Shown one piece after another: positions 17,042-25,859 of a stretch of DNA of 27,588 nucleotides (position 1 is its first letter; the number at the start of each line of letters is the position of its first letter). The position numbers and the translations under genes are program-made. The notes under the pieces are model-generated. The model saw nothing but the letters and a program-made list of their open reading frames with translations. It made no database searches and was not told the DNA's origin. This DNA is from Candidatus Hydrogenedentota bacterium. Its GTDB lineage: Bacteria; Hydrogenedentota; Hydrogenedentia; Hydrogenedentales; SLHB01. The stretch spans positions 1 through 27,588 of the forward strand of contig BTWA01000052.1 of the NCBI GenBank assembly GCA_045863295.1, read 5' to 3'.

Positions 17042-20000
17042 ATGTCGGGTGCTGGCCAATCAGCCCTACTTCAAATCTGTTTGGAACGCTTGGGCTTTGG
17101 AGCTTCCACCAGCCAAATCGGAAGGGCGCTGACAGGTATCTGGAGCGATAGGGCATGGCCAAATGGCAACTACCTTGTGACAGACACGGTTTTTTCGAAT
17201 TTGGCCGGTCTCCCGTTGTCCAAATCATCAAATATTCGCGCTAGGATCGCGGACTTGAATCGCAAGGTCCGCCGCGAATGGCTGAAAAACGGCCACGATC
17301 CTTTTCCGGCGCTGTTTGTATACCGCTTCCATGTTCCCAGAGATTGTCGTCACTATGTCCTTGCGCTTTTTGAGCCTTCATTGGCCGAGCATCTTGCTGT
17401 TATTTTTCTAGACCACCAGGACGGCGTGATTACGAAGACTGGGCCATCCCTGCACGCAGAAGAGGGGCAAATTCTGGCGGAGTACTTCGGGTGTGACCTG
17501 CAGCACCTGCATCGCAAAGGCCGCTACTTGGGACAAGGGCGATGGCGGATTCCGTTCGGACGAGGCGCCCTATCTCGAAAGCAAGTCCAAAGTCAACTGC
17601 AACGTCGCATTCTCGTGCATCTTCCACAACCGAGTCGCGGCGAAGATGCCACAGTTTCCAGAAAACATCGTGGAAAGACTGGAGGAGCCAGAGCAGACGC
17701 ACACCCCCGATTCGTTGGACTTTGGGGGGCGCCAGGAATCGGAAAAACCTATCACCTAAACAAGACGGCGCGGTCCGCCATATTACGCACGCATTTCTGC
17801 AGTGCAATTTGCTTCCTGACCATGGGCCAAGAGAAGACACCACTTGCAATTGATGCCAAGAAAGCCGAGCTTCTCGCGTTCTTAGGCCAGTGCCCCACTG
17901 CAAAGGTCGATCTACGAAAGTTAACGGAGCGGAAAAGAGTACTTGTCATATTGGATGACGTTCATTCTGCAGCGCAGGTGATGCCTTTCCAGTCGCTGAG
18001 CCAGTATTGCTGCATATTGGCTACGTCCCGAAGCCGCCGGGTCCTCGACGACGTCGAACTGCCAAAACAGCTTGTGCACCTATCTTCAATGAGTGACAAC
18101 GACGCGCGAATGGTACTTATGAAATCCGTGGGCGATTCAGTCAATAGCATACCGCCTGCGCTTCTCGATGGGCTTACTGTACGCTGTTCGGGCATTCCTT
18201 TAGCGCTCAAAATTGTTGGCGGTCTGCTTAAAAAAAAGCCCGAGTCGGCCGCGACGATCATTAGTCGCTTCGACAAACCGGGGTCCGGGCGCTTCAAACG
18301 ATTGCGGAAGTATCTCCAGGACTTCACGCCGCATCATGAGGCTGATGAAGGCGGGGAGACCGTGCTCTTCAACGTCCTGGATGTCGCCATCCATGAGTAT
18401 CTGAGCGTTGCAGAGCTGCGGGACCTTCGTCTACTGGCCGCAACACCAAAGAATGCCCGGATACCCTTCTCCGCATTGGAGACGATTTGGCGAGCCGACC
18501 CAGGCGAGACCAGAGAGACTATTGAGCGGCTTAGCGATCTGGCCATGCTTGAGGTAGATTGGGACGAACGACTCATCCAGATTCACGACGTCATACACGC
18601 TTTTCTTCGCGCGTACCACGATGACTCAGCGGCATCGCAGCGTGCGCACCGGACGATCCTTCGCGCCTACGCGGACAGGCATTGGCAAACCAGGAATCGA
18701 TTTTCTAGCAAGGATGGGCGCCTTCCCTGGTGGGAACTGGACGACGACGGCTACATATGGAATTTCATTGGTCATCATCTGTTGGGGGCAAATTGGTCCC
18801 GAGAGCTGCAGGGGCTTCTGCTAGATGCCCGCTATCTCTGCAAGCGCGTTACCTTCGGCACAGTTGAATCGCTTCTGCGTGATTTTAGTGGACTTCCATA
18901 TGAACTCGCCCGACCATTGGTGCCCTTGCGAATGTCACTTGCCCGCGCGTCCCATATTCTTATTCGTGACCCGCACCACATCTGGGGTGTGCTGTCATTG
19001 CTCGTTGAAGAAGATGCCTCCAAGCATGCCAAGATGCTCAGACGTACGCTTTCGCTCATCCAGCCGCCAAGACCCTGTCTCATCCCGCGTCCCGCCCGAG
19101 CCGGAACGCGCGATTTTATTCGCGTTTCGAGTGAGGTACTTATTCACGAAGCAGGCATTGCATCGTTCTCGATCTCTGAAGATCGGAAAACAATCATGGT
19201 GGCTACTGAAGAGCCCAGCGTCGCGGTATGGCGCAAAGCCGAGGACGGTATGGGCTATGTGAAGAAGTCATGCTTAGATACTGAAAGGCCCCTATGTGTT
19301 CTTCAGAATGGTCAGGGTCTGTTATCCGTCAATGGCAAGAGTCTCTTACATCGGGGCATAAGCCGCCAGAAGGTATCTAAGAGCCGGGTCGTATACTCGG
19401 ACTTCACGCCAAGGGACACGGTTTCGGCATTCCAAGCGGGAAACCATTTCCTACTTTGGAACGCAAATTTGGTTCATGTGGTTTCGCTTGCGCGGAGATC
19501 CGTAAAATGGCAATTTGAATCTCCAAATGGGCAAAGGATAGTCGCAGCCAGCTTCGGCGCAGAGCATTCGGAAGTGGGGGTCATACTTTCGGACGACGCT
19601 TCTCGGCTGCGTTGGCTGGTTTTTGATGTTACGAGAAGATTCTTAGAAACCGATACACGTCTTGCAGACGACGGTTTTCCTCATCGGTTCGGCTATTGGA
19701 GAACTAAGGGCTGCTTTGTTGCGTTGGGAACCTCCGGCGACCTCTTGGGCATCGACCGCGCCGACGGTTCTGTTCAGATTCTGGCCCGGTCTCCAAAGTA
19801 TGTCCAGGATGCGTACGCTTTCGTTCTTGACGGGCATAGGGATCGGTTTGCGGTCGCATTTACAGGCAATCGAATTGCTGTCATCACAGGTTGTCCCGTG
19901 CCGGCGGACGTGGTGACTCTTGACGATCATGCGGCCCCGATTGTTCAGATGGCTTTCACGCCGGACGCTGATCGGTTTATTTCTGCTGATTTAGCCGGCA

Positions 20001-20209
20001 TTGTAAGAGTGTGGGACCTAGAACAGCGTACTCGCACGAAAGGAATACTTACGCTGGAATCAGAGGTACTGTCACTAGCGGCCTCGGATACGGGAAAGCG
20101 TATTGCGATGATGGACCGTCAAGGAGAAGTAGTTATCCTGGACGACGAAGATCGGTTTCATCCTTGGAGAGCAGTAAATGGATGTGGTGAGGACGTTTCG
20201 GAGCAATGA
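17042..20209 (+). CDS. STAND NTPase, APAF-1-like: unknown N-terminal domain + NB-ARC + helical domain + WD40 repeats
   Basis: Walker A GAPGIGKT; Walker B RVLVILDDV; ILATSR; CSGIPLAL (GxP); IHD (MHD motif); DGYIWNFIGHHL; WD repeat HAAPIVQMAFTPDADRFISADLAGIVRVWDL. AGGAG RBS favours start 17042 over 16988. Confidence 0.92.
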   Translation: MSGAGQSALLQICLERLGFGASTSQIGRALTGIWSDRAWPNGNYLVTDTVFSNLAGLPLSKSSNIRARIADLNRKVRREWLKNGHDPFPALFVYRFHVPRDCRHYVLALFEPSLAEHLAVIFLDHQDGVITKTGPSLHAEEGQILAEYFGCDLQHLHRKGRYLGQGRWRIPFGRGALSRKQVQSQLQRRILVHLPQPSRGEDATVSRKHRGKTGGARADAHPRFVGLWGAPGIGKTYHLNKTARSAILRTHFCSAICFLTMGQEKTPLAIDAKKAELLAFLGQCPTAKVDLRKLTERKRVLVILDDVHSAAQVMPFQSLSQYCCILATSRSRRVLDDVELPKQLVHLSSMSDNDARMVLMKSVGDSVNSIPPALLDGLTVRCSGIPLALKIVGGLLKKKPESAATIISRFDKPGSGRFKRLRKYLQDFTPHHEADEGGETVLFNVLDVAIHEYLSVAELRDLRLLAATPKNARIPFSALETIWRADPGETRETIERLSDLAMLEVDWDERLIQIHDVIHAFLRAYHDDSAASQRAHRTILRAYADRHWQTRNRFSSKDGRLPWWELDDDGYIWNFIGHHLLGANWSRELQGLLLDARYLCKRVTFGTVESLLRDFSGLPYELARPLVPLRMSLARASHILIRDPHHIWGVLSLLVEEDASKHAKMLRRTLSLIQPPRPCLIPRPARAGTRDFIRVSSEVLIHEAGIASFSISEDRKTIMVATEEPSVAVWRKAEDGMGYVKKSCLDTERPLCVLQNGQGLLSVNGKSLLHRGISRQKVSKSRVVYSDFTPRDTVSAFQAGNHFLLWNANLVHVVSLARRSVKWQFESPNGQRIVAASFGAEHSEVGVILSDDASRLRWLVFDVTRRFLETDTRLADDGFPHRFGYWRTKGCFVALGTSGDLLGIDRADGSVQILARSPKYVQDAYAFVLDGHRDRFAVAFTGNRIAVITGCPVPADVVTLDDHAAPIVQMAFTPDADRFISADLAGIVRVWDLEQRTRTKGILTLESEVLSLAASDTGKRIAMMDRQGEVVILDDEDRFHPWRAVNGCGEDVSEQ

Positions 20210-21122
20210 GGGCCTCTTGCTAAGCGGGGACGGGAGCACGCTTCTTCGAACCGCATCAGATCGTGTTGAAATATTCGCCCTCGGACGCCACCGCTGCGAG
20301 ATTCGAAATACAATTAGCTGTATCCCGAATGAGCGATTTGAAGCTACGGCGATAAACGCTGACGGTACCATTGTTGTCGCGTCCGTGGTGTCAATGGAGA
20401 ATGTGGGGGCGCTACTTCTGACGCGAGCCGATAGTTCGGATGAACCGATTCGAGTCGAGGGCCTCGGCGGGGGCATTGACTCGATTCTATTTTCGCCGAA
20501 CAGCAAGCGGCTGGCTCTCTGCAGTATGGGGCCGCTACTTCTGCTTGATCTGTTGTGGAATGGTGAAGGGCAGGCATGCCGCGATACGCTTCCGCGGGAA
20601 ATCAAGGTGGGGCATTCAAAGTCAGACGTGAAGTGTCTCGGCTTTCTGCACAACGATACGCTTGTCCTCTGGCCGGGCGTACTCCCCTGGATGGATTTTC
20701 CGAGAGAGATTCGTTTCGTTAGCTGGGATGGTTCCGAGGATCGCCACCCAGCCATCTCGCATAAATCAGACCCGCTCCTTTTCCGCTCGTGGATAGATCC
20801 GGAAACCGGCGAGATTATGGGCCTATCTTCTGCACTTGACAATATATTGAGAATCATGAACGTGACCAAAGGTGAGTTGCTTGCCGAGATGCGAGGACAC
20901 GAGGAGCGAGTCGTTGGAGTTGCGATGCTGCCTGAGCGGCACACCGCGATATCGGCTTCAATGGACGGTTCAGTTAGGCTCTGGGATTTGCGAGATGGCC
21001 GGCTTCTCCACGCCTATCAAGGGCTTGCGTCGATCCGCTCTTTCGGGCTGTTGAAAACTGTGGATACCCTTGTCGTTGGAGATGTCACTGGACGAATCAC
21101 GTTGTTGGAGATATCCTGGTGA
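20178..21122 (+). CDS. WD40-repeat protein (separate gene or frameshifted C-terminus of the STAND protein)
   Basis: GHEERVVGVAMLPERHTAISASMDGSVRLWDL; LVVGDVTGRITLLE. Overlaps the STAND stop by 32 nt; GGAGAG lies upstream of the ATG. Confidence 0.85.
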   Translation: MDVVRTFRSNEGLLLSGDGSTLLRTASDRVEIFALGRHRCEIRNTISCIPNERFEATAINADGTIVVASVVSMENVGALLLTRADSSDEPIRVEGLGGGIDSILFSPNSKRLALCSMGPLLLLDLLWNGEGQACRDTLPREIKVGHSKSDVKCLGFLHNDTLVLWPGVLPWMDFPREIRFVSWDGSEDRHPAISHKSDPLLFRSWIDPETGEIMGLSSALDNILRIMNVTKGELLAEMRGHEERVVGVAMLPERHTAISASMDGSVRLWDLRDGRLLHAYQGLASIRSFGLLKTVDTLVVGDVTGRITLLEISW

Positions 21123-21359
21123 TGCTGGCCGATGGTTTGCCTGATGCAAAATGCCCGCGAGTTGTTCACCGTGGTCAGGCGCTTCGCCGTAACGAGTCGG
21201 TGATCACCATCGTCAGGATCCTCAATGAGCATAGTCGTTACGGTCCGTACAGAGAACGCATCTGGGCAGAGTGAAGCAACCCTTTGTTGAACGATGCCCC
21301 CCTTTTTTCTCTTGAACACTTATTCATATGAGTCGGGATAACCCCGACAGCCACACGCC

Positions 21360-21397
21360 AAAAGAGAGACATTCTCCTTGGGGAGATGCCTCTCTTT
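21360..21397 (-). terminator. Probable intrinsic terminator of the minus-strand MoxR module
   Basis: Minus strand AAAGAGAGGCATCTCC...GGAGAATGTCTCTCTTTT forms an imperfect stem ending in a short T run, just after the stop at 21406. Confidence 0.55.
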
Positions 21398-21405
21398 CGC
21401 CCGCA

Positions 21406-22797
21406 TCAGGTGACGCGGAGGAGGGCGCCGGTGAAGGCGACCTTGCCGTCGAGGAGGGCCAGGGCCAGTTCTTCGGGCGTGTACGTGGGGTTTTCGTGGC
21501 TGGGTTCGAGGAGCACGCCGCCGCGGAGGTGGCGCAGCGCGTACATGGCCAGGACGAGATTCCGCAGGTAACGGAGTTCCTCCAGCACGGGGAGTTCCGC
21601 CGTGGCGGAAGGGCTGGCCGTGATTCGCATGTAGCGGTTTTGCTGGAAGTAATCATCCAGCGTTGGCTTCGTCTCGGTGTACTTGTCCGCGGCGAGTTTG
21701 CCCAGCTTCGCCAACAAGTTGTCCTTGTTGCCGGTCATCGAGACGCCATTCTCGCGCAACAGCTCACGGAGCATTTCGCCGGTGCACTTGCTCGTGGCGA
21801 ATCGCCCGATGTGGAAGGTGCGGACCCGAGAGGGCTCGACCTCGACGGCCGCAGTGGGCTCGTAGTGCCTCGACGTGTAATTCAAGGCCGGGAAGGACAC
21901 CGTGCCGCCTTCCCGTTCGAGGATGTCTCCCAACCGTTCCACCGTCGTTCGGAACACCAGTTTTCCATCGTCGGTACGCCATCTCTTGGCGAACTCCTCC
22001 GCGGCAGGTCGTTTTGACGCACTTCCGCCAAGGTCGGGGCGGAAGGTCAAAGTGTGCCCGGAGCGCGTGATGTGCCACTGCACGTGGGTACCGCTGATGT
22101 GCGGCATCTCCGACTTCACGATCACCGCGAGACTCATGGCGCGTATCTCCGGTGTCAGGCGCAGCCGTCCTTGGCCGTCCGTGAATTGCGCCAGTGCTGA
22201 CGCTGAACGGAAGTTTTGGGTCGGGATGGCCTCGTTGATGAGCAGCTTGTCGTGCCGCTCGAAATCATCGAGCGTCAGGACGTTGCCGAGGTTGTACGTG
22301 TCCACGTCGTCGTAACTGGACAACTTTATCGACTTGTCCTTTGACTTTAGAAACTGCCGCAGCGACTGGAAACCGCAATGCGCCCGCTCCGCGAGCGCTT
22401 TCGCGATGGAATGGTCCCATCGGTTGCGGAGACGCTGCTTGGCAATGTCCAGGAGTTCCATGTACGATAGGTCTTCCACGAAGTACATGTCCTCGTGCAC
22501 GGTTTTGAGCGTCCGCTGGAACCGGCAGCGATCGCCGTAGACATATCCGCCGTCGGAGATGACGTCGTAGCTGTGTCCCATCGGCGTCAAGGCCGCGACT
22601 TTCGCTTCCTCGGAGTTCAGGCGCTGTAGCAGCGCATCGAGGAGCGATGGGTGCTTGTCGTGGCCCTGCCAGGGGTGGATTCCCTGAAGCAGTACGTCTG
22701 CCACGGGAACGTCGACCAAATGCCAGTGAAGGCGCTTGAACCGCGGAATTTCCCGGTCCGGTTCGAGCCAAAACTGAAATGTCTGCAAGGTACTCAT
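21406..22797 (-). CDS. Hypothetical protein with a SAP-like DNA-binding motif
   Basis: CTGEMLRELLRENGVSMTGNKDNLLAKL fits the SAP consensus (L...L...G....G.K..L...L). Probable start 22797 (ATGA overlap with the MoxR stop, AGGAGG RBS). Confidence 0.75.
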   Translation of the reverse strand: MSTLQTFQFWLEPDREIPRFKRLHWHLVDVPVADVLLQGIHPWQGHDKHPSLLDALLQRLNSEEAKVAALTPMGHSYDVISDGGYVYGDRCRFQRTLKTVHEDMYFVEDLSYMELLDIAKQRLRNRWDHSIAKALAERAHCGFQSLRQFLKSKDKSIKLSSYDDVDTYNLGNVLTLDDFERHDKLLINEAIPTQNFRSASALAQFTDGQGRLRLTPEIRAMSLAVIVKSEMPHISGTHVQWHITRSGHTLTFRPDLGGSASKRPAAEEFAKRWRTDDGKLVFRTTVERLGDILEREGGTVSFPALNYTSRHYEPTAAVEVEPSRVRTFHIGRFATSKCTGEMLRELLRENGVSMTGNKDNLLAKLGKLAADKYTETKPTLDDYFQQNRYMRITASPSATAELPVLEELRYLRNLVLAMYALRHLRGGVLLEPSHENPTYTPEELALALLDGKVAFTGALLRVT

Positions 22798-24281
22798 GCG
22801 GCTTTTCCTCCTTTCGTGTTTTTGCCGCCCGCGAGTAGCCGTTCGAAGGTGTTGAGGTCGTCCCCGATTGCTTTTGCGGTCTCGCGGATGGTTCTGGGGT
22901 TGACGTTGCGGGATGCGACCAGCTTGCTCACCCGCTGATATGCGATGAGCTTTGCAAGGTCCGTATCCCGGTCGAGCAGATGCTCGACTTCCTGGATGTA
23001 CTCGATGGCATCGCCTTCGAGCCTTGGAACGCAGGCCGTGCTGAGCGTGTCCGGGGAGACTTTTCCGCACAGTGATGCCAAGAGTTCCTGCGGTACCGTG
23101 CCGGGCCGGCGGGCCTCGACTTGCAGGGCGGTGTAGGCCAGGAGCGAGATGTCCCGGTCGTCTCTCATCAAGTCGGTCCAGGCCTTGGAGAGCGCGAGTT
23201 CCCCGAGGTCTTGGTTTAGCAACAGTTCCGCCTTACGTACGAGGTCGGGAGTCGTGAACAACTCGTAGATCAGATTGACTACGCCCAGTTCTGCTTCCGG
23301 CTCGAAGTAGTGGCTCAAGAGGTCGAAGCAGACCTCCATCTTGTGCACCGCCTCCTCGCGGTGAAGCGATGCGTCATTGAGGCCAACGGGAATGCTGGAC
23401 TGAACGACGTAGCGCGCCGACCGAACAAAGTCCGGGATGGCGGCGCCGAAATTCTCGGCTTTTGCCAGCTCGACGGCGCGGTTGGCGAGCAGGTTCCGGT
23501 AAATGAATCCGAGCCTGCGTCCGTCAAGCGCGACTTCGCCCTTGCTTTCCCGCATGAGCAGGTCGGCGAACTTGGCGAGAAACTCTGCGAGAGACGGCAA
23601 CTTTTCCTTGAGACTGAGAAAATGCGCTCCGGCCAGAGTAAGCATGCGACGAATCGTGTCTCCGGTCTCATTCACGTCATGCAGCGGCACCGTGCCGGCC
23701 GTGACACCGCCGGTCCATTCCACAAGACTCGGCGCATCATCGCCGTTAATGTGCGTTGCCACACGGATACGGTCCTCTTCTTCCATCTGCAACACGTCGG
23801 GCGGATAAAGAAAGAAGGCAAACCGTCCGATCAGCGCGTCGTCCAGCGCTTGGGTCGCGCTGTAGCTGAGCGGGTTCATAGCGCTCCATACCCATTTTAC
23901 GCGGGTGGTGAAGCCCATGATTTTGCGGCTACGGATGATTTCAAGCCACTTGGACTGGAGTTCCGGAACCGCGCGGTTGAGCTCGTCGATGAGCACGAGT
24001 TCCTTGTCCCAAATCGTAACGGGACTCTGAACGTACTCGACGACGCCTTCCTTGAGCTTCTCGACGTTGGGGTATCCCAGCACGTCCTCGAACATGGCTT
24101 TCGAAGCGTCGTAAACCAGGAAGGAACGGCCCAGTGCCTGGGCCACCTTGTTGGCGACATGGGTCTTGGCGCTCCCGTGATTGCCAATGAGCAACAGCGG
24201 GTCGCCGGTGAGGAGGGAAGCGAGTAACAGGTTCTCGTCGGCTTCCTTCCAGCCAAAGATACCGAGTTTGGACAAAATCAT
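22794..24281 (-). CDS. MoxR-family AAA+ ATPase
   Basis: LLLIGNHGSAKT (Walker A); LVLIDELNRA..ELQS (Walker B); SAMNP; LDDALIGRF. Probable start 24281 with AGGAG RBS. Confidence 0.9.
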   Translation of the reverse strand: MILSKLGIFGWKEADENLLLASLLTGDPLLLIGNHGSAKTHVANKVAQALGRSFLVYDASKAMFEDVLGYPNVEKLKEGVVEYVQSPVTIWDKELVLIDELNRAVPELQSKWLEIIRSRKIMGFTTRVKWVWSAMNPLSYSATQALDDALIGRFAFFLYPPDVLQMEEEDRIRVATHINGDDAPSLVEWTGGVTAGTVPLHDVNETGDTIRRMLTLAGAHFLSLKEKLPSLAEFLAKFADLLMRESKGEVALDGRRLGFIYRNLLANRAVELAKAENFGAAIPDFVRSARYVVQSSIPVGLNDASLHREEAVHKMEVCFDLLSHYFEPEAELGVVNLIYELFTTPDLVRKAELLLNQDLGELALSKAWTDLMRDDRDISLLAYTALQVEARRPGTVPQELLASLCGKVSPDTLSTACVPRLEGDAIEYIQEVEHLLDRDTDLAKLIAYQRVSKLVASRNVNPRTIRETAKAIGDDLNTFERLLAGGKNTKGGKAA

Positions 24282-24532
24282 GATTCTTCTCCTTTTGTTG
24301 AACTGAGCTGAAGTGGCCAAGAGCGAAGTCCCAACCGAGAGACATCGCGTATTGCGCTTACTCAACGCTGCGCAAAAATCCAGTCGGAACTTCATGCGTC
24401 AGCGATGAGCAACTGAAACGGTGCTGTCGCACGCACCGCTCTATAACGTGGAAGGCCTCGCCTCGGGACTGCCGAGTGTTCGACAGTTGGCAACCCGATT
24501 GGCGGGACAGAGAGTAGGGAAAGGGTCGCGAT

Positions 24533-25156
24533 ATGGAGAGAACGATAGACAACAGGTCAGGCTCAGAGGCAGCCGGCGAAGGCATTCTGGCGCGCGAGGA
24601 CTATTACATCCGTCACTTTGGCCCGCTAACCCAACCCATCGCCCATTCCACTGACGAGCAACCGGTGCATGTGGACATCTACCAGTTCGAGCCGACCCAG
24701 GAGCGCCGCCAATGGACGTTCGTTACAAGCGGCATGAGCGACCAGCGTCAACGCGTTCCCAATGAGCTTCTGAATGTACTTGCACCGCGGTCCGAGATCG
24801 TCTTGTATGCCTCCGAACCCGGGGCGTGGATTCCACCCCTGCTCAAGCGTTTAACCGAGTACTCATCCAAGAGGAACACGTGGTTGCACTGGTACCACAC
24901 TTGGACGGCGGATGGTCCGCTGATACCAGAGCATCCCGAGTTCACGGGTTGCGTCTTTCTTCCGCCCTGGCTTGAGGTCCCGTCGTTCAATGACCTCTAC
25001 GTTGAGGGTGATCGGGTGGATTTTCTGTGGATGCTTCCGATCACCACAGCGGAAAGGGAATTTGCCGCGGGACACGGAACCGAACATCTTGAGTGGCTTC
25101 TGATGCACCGTGGCGTGGATCTTACCGCCGGGGAATTCCGTCCGGCGATTGTTTAG
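24533..25156 (+). CDS. Suppressor-of-fused (SUFU) domain protein
   Basis: HVDIYQFEP; TFVTSGMSD; RSEIVLY; WLHWYHT; VDFLWMLPITTAEREFA..HG. Confidence 0.88.
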   Translation: MERTIDNRSGSEAAGEGILAREDYYIRHFGPLTQPIAHSTDEQPVHVDIYQFEPTQERRQWTFVTSGMSDQRQRVPNELLNVLAPRSEIVLYASEPGAWIPPLLKRLTEYSSKRNTWLHWYHTWTADGPLIPEHPEFTGCVFLPPWLEVPSFNDLYVEGDRVDFLWMLPITTAEREFAAGHGTEHLEWLLMHRGVDLTAGEFRPAIV

Positions 25157-25190
25157 GGCTTAGCAACTTCGATTGATATGCGCGCCGCTG

Positions 25191-25385
25191 CTAGGGTTCG
25201 AGTCTTGTGCTGAACACGAGGAACTCTGTTCCGTTGCCAGACTTGGCTTCGCGCGCATCCTCATCGTCGATGCCGTTTACTTGCAGCCAGGCGTTTTCGG
25301 CGTTCCGAGCGTCCGCCTCGCTGCGGAAAACCCGGGCGGCCGAGACAATGCCTTGGCATGTTTCGACGGTTACGTACACGTTCAT
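25191..25385 (-). CDS. Small hypothetical protein (64 aa), paralog of the C-terminal half of 25479..25847
   Basis: AGGAGGT RBS. GIVSAARVFRSEADARNAENAWL versus GIVRGVEAFRTAESATKAEQEWL. Confidence 0.8.
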   Translation of the reverse strand: MNVYVTVETCQGIVSAARVFRSEADARNAENAWLQVNGIDDEDAREAKSGNGTEFLVFSTRLEP

Positions 25386-25421
25386 GCTTCTTCACCTCCT
25401 TTTCTTGGTTTTGATACGGCT

Positions 25422-25457
25422 GCGGGGAGACATCTCGGCTATGCGATGTCTCCCCGC
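25422..25457. other. Perfect 13-bp intergenic hairpin
   Basis: GCGGGGAGACATC-N10-GATGTCTCCCCGC with no U-tract. Confidence 0.75.
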
Positions 25458-25478
25458 GGATCTCAGTGGTTGCAGTGG

Positions 25479-25847
25479 TCAGTCTTGGAGTTCGCACTCC
25501 CAGACCGCAGCGCCCGTTCCCCAATCGGAACGATGTTCGCGCGCCTTCTCGTCGTAAATCTCGGCGGCGCGTAGCCATTCCTGCTCCGCCTTTGTGGCCG
25601 ATTCCGCGGTACGGAAGGCCTCGACCCCGCGCACAATGCCGTCCTCCATGGGAACGAGCACGTGTACGCGGCCCACTTCGGGCGATGGGTATCCGAGATC
25701 TACCTCGTGGACTCGGCCGCTTTTGTCCCGGACTTCGAAATGCGTCGCCCACGATTCCGTGTTGCGATGAATTGCGAGCGCCTGGCTCGCGGCCTCCTCG
25801 GGGGAGTCCGCATCCAGGTCAATGTTCCAAGTGACTCTGTACTCCAT
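25479..25847 (-). CDS. Small two-domain hypothetical protein typical of phage/mobile-element regions
   Basis: GAGGAGG RBS. N-terminal YRVTWNIDLDADSPEEAASQAL; the C-terminal half is paralogous to the next gene. Confidence 0.8.
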   Translation of the reverse strand: MEYRVTWNIDLDADSPEEAASQALAIHRNTESWATHFEVRDKSGRVHEVDLGYPSPEVGRVHVLVPMEDGIVRGVEAFRTAESATKAEQEWLRAAEIYDEKAREHRSDWGTGAAVWECELQD

Positions 25848-25859
25848 CTTCGCGCCTCC

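Noticed and set aside
21017..21319. 100-aa minus-strand ORF
   Set aside because: It overlaps the WD40 3' end by about 100 nt, lies downstream of a probable terminator and has no motif; it may be a remnant but cannot be supported.
21123..21405. Mobile-element attachment site at the junction of convergent blocks
   Set aside because: No integrase, tRNA fragment or flanking direct repeat is visible within the window.
22798..23070. N-terminal extensions given by the ORF track (also 3016-3132, 5954-6040, 11688-11753, 24282-24395)
   Set aside because: Downstream starts with RBS or stop/start coupling are better supported, and most extensions lie inside the upstream gene.
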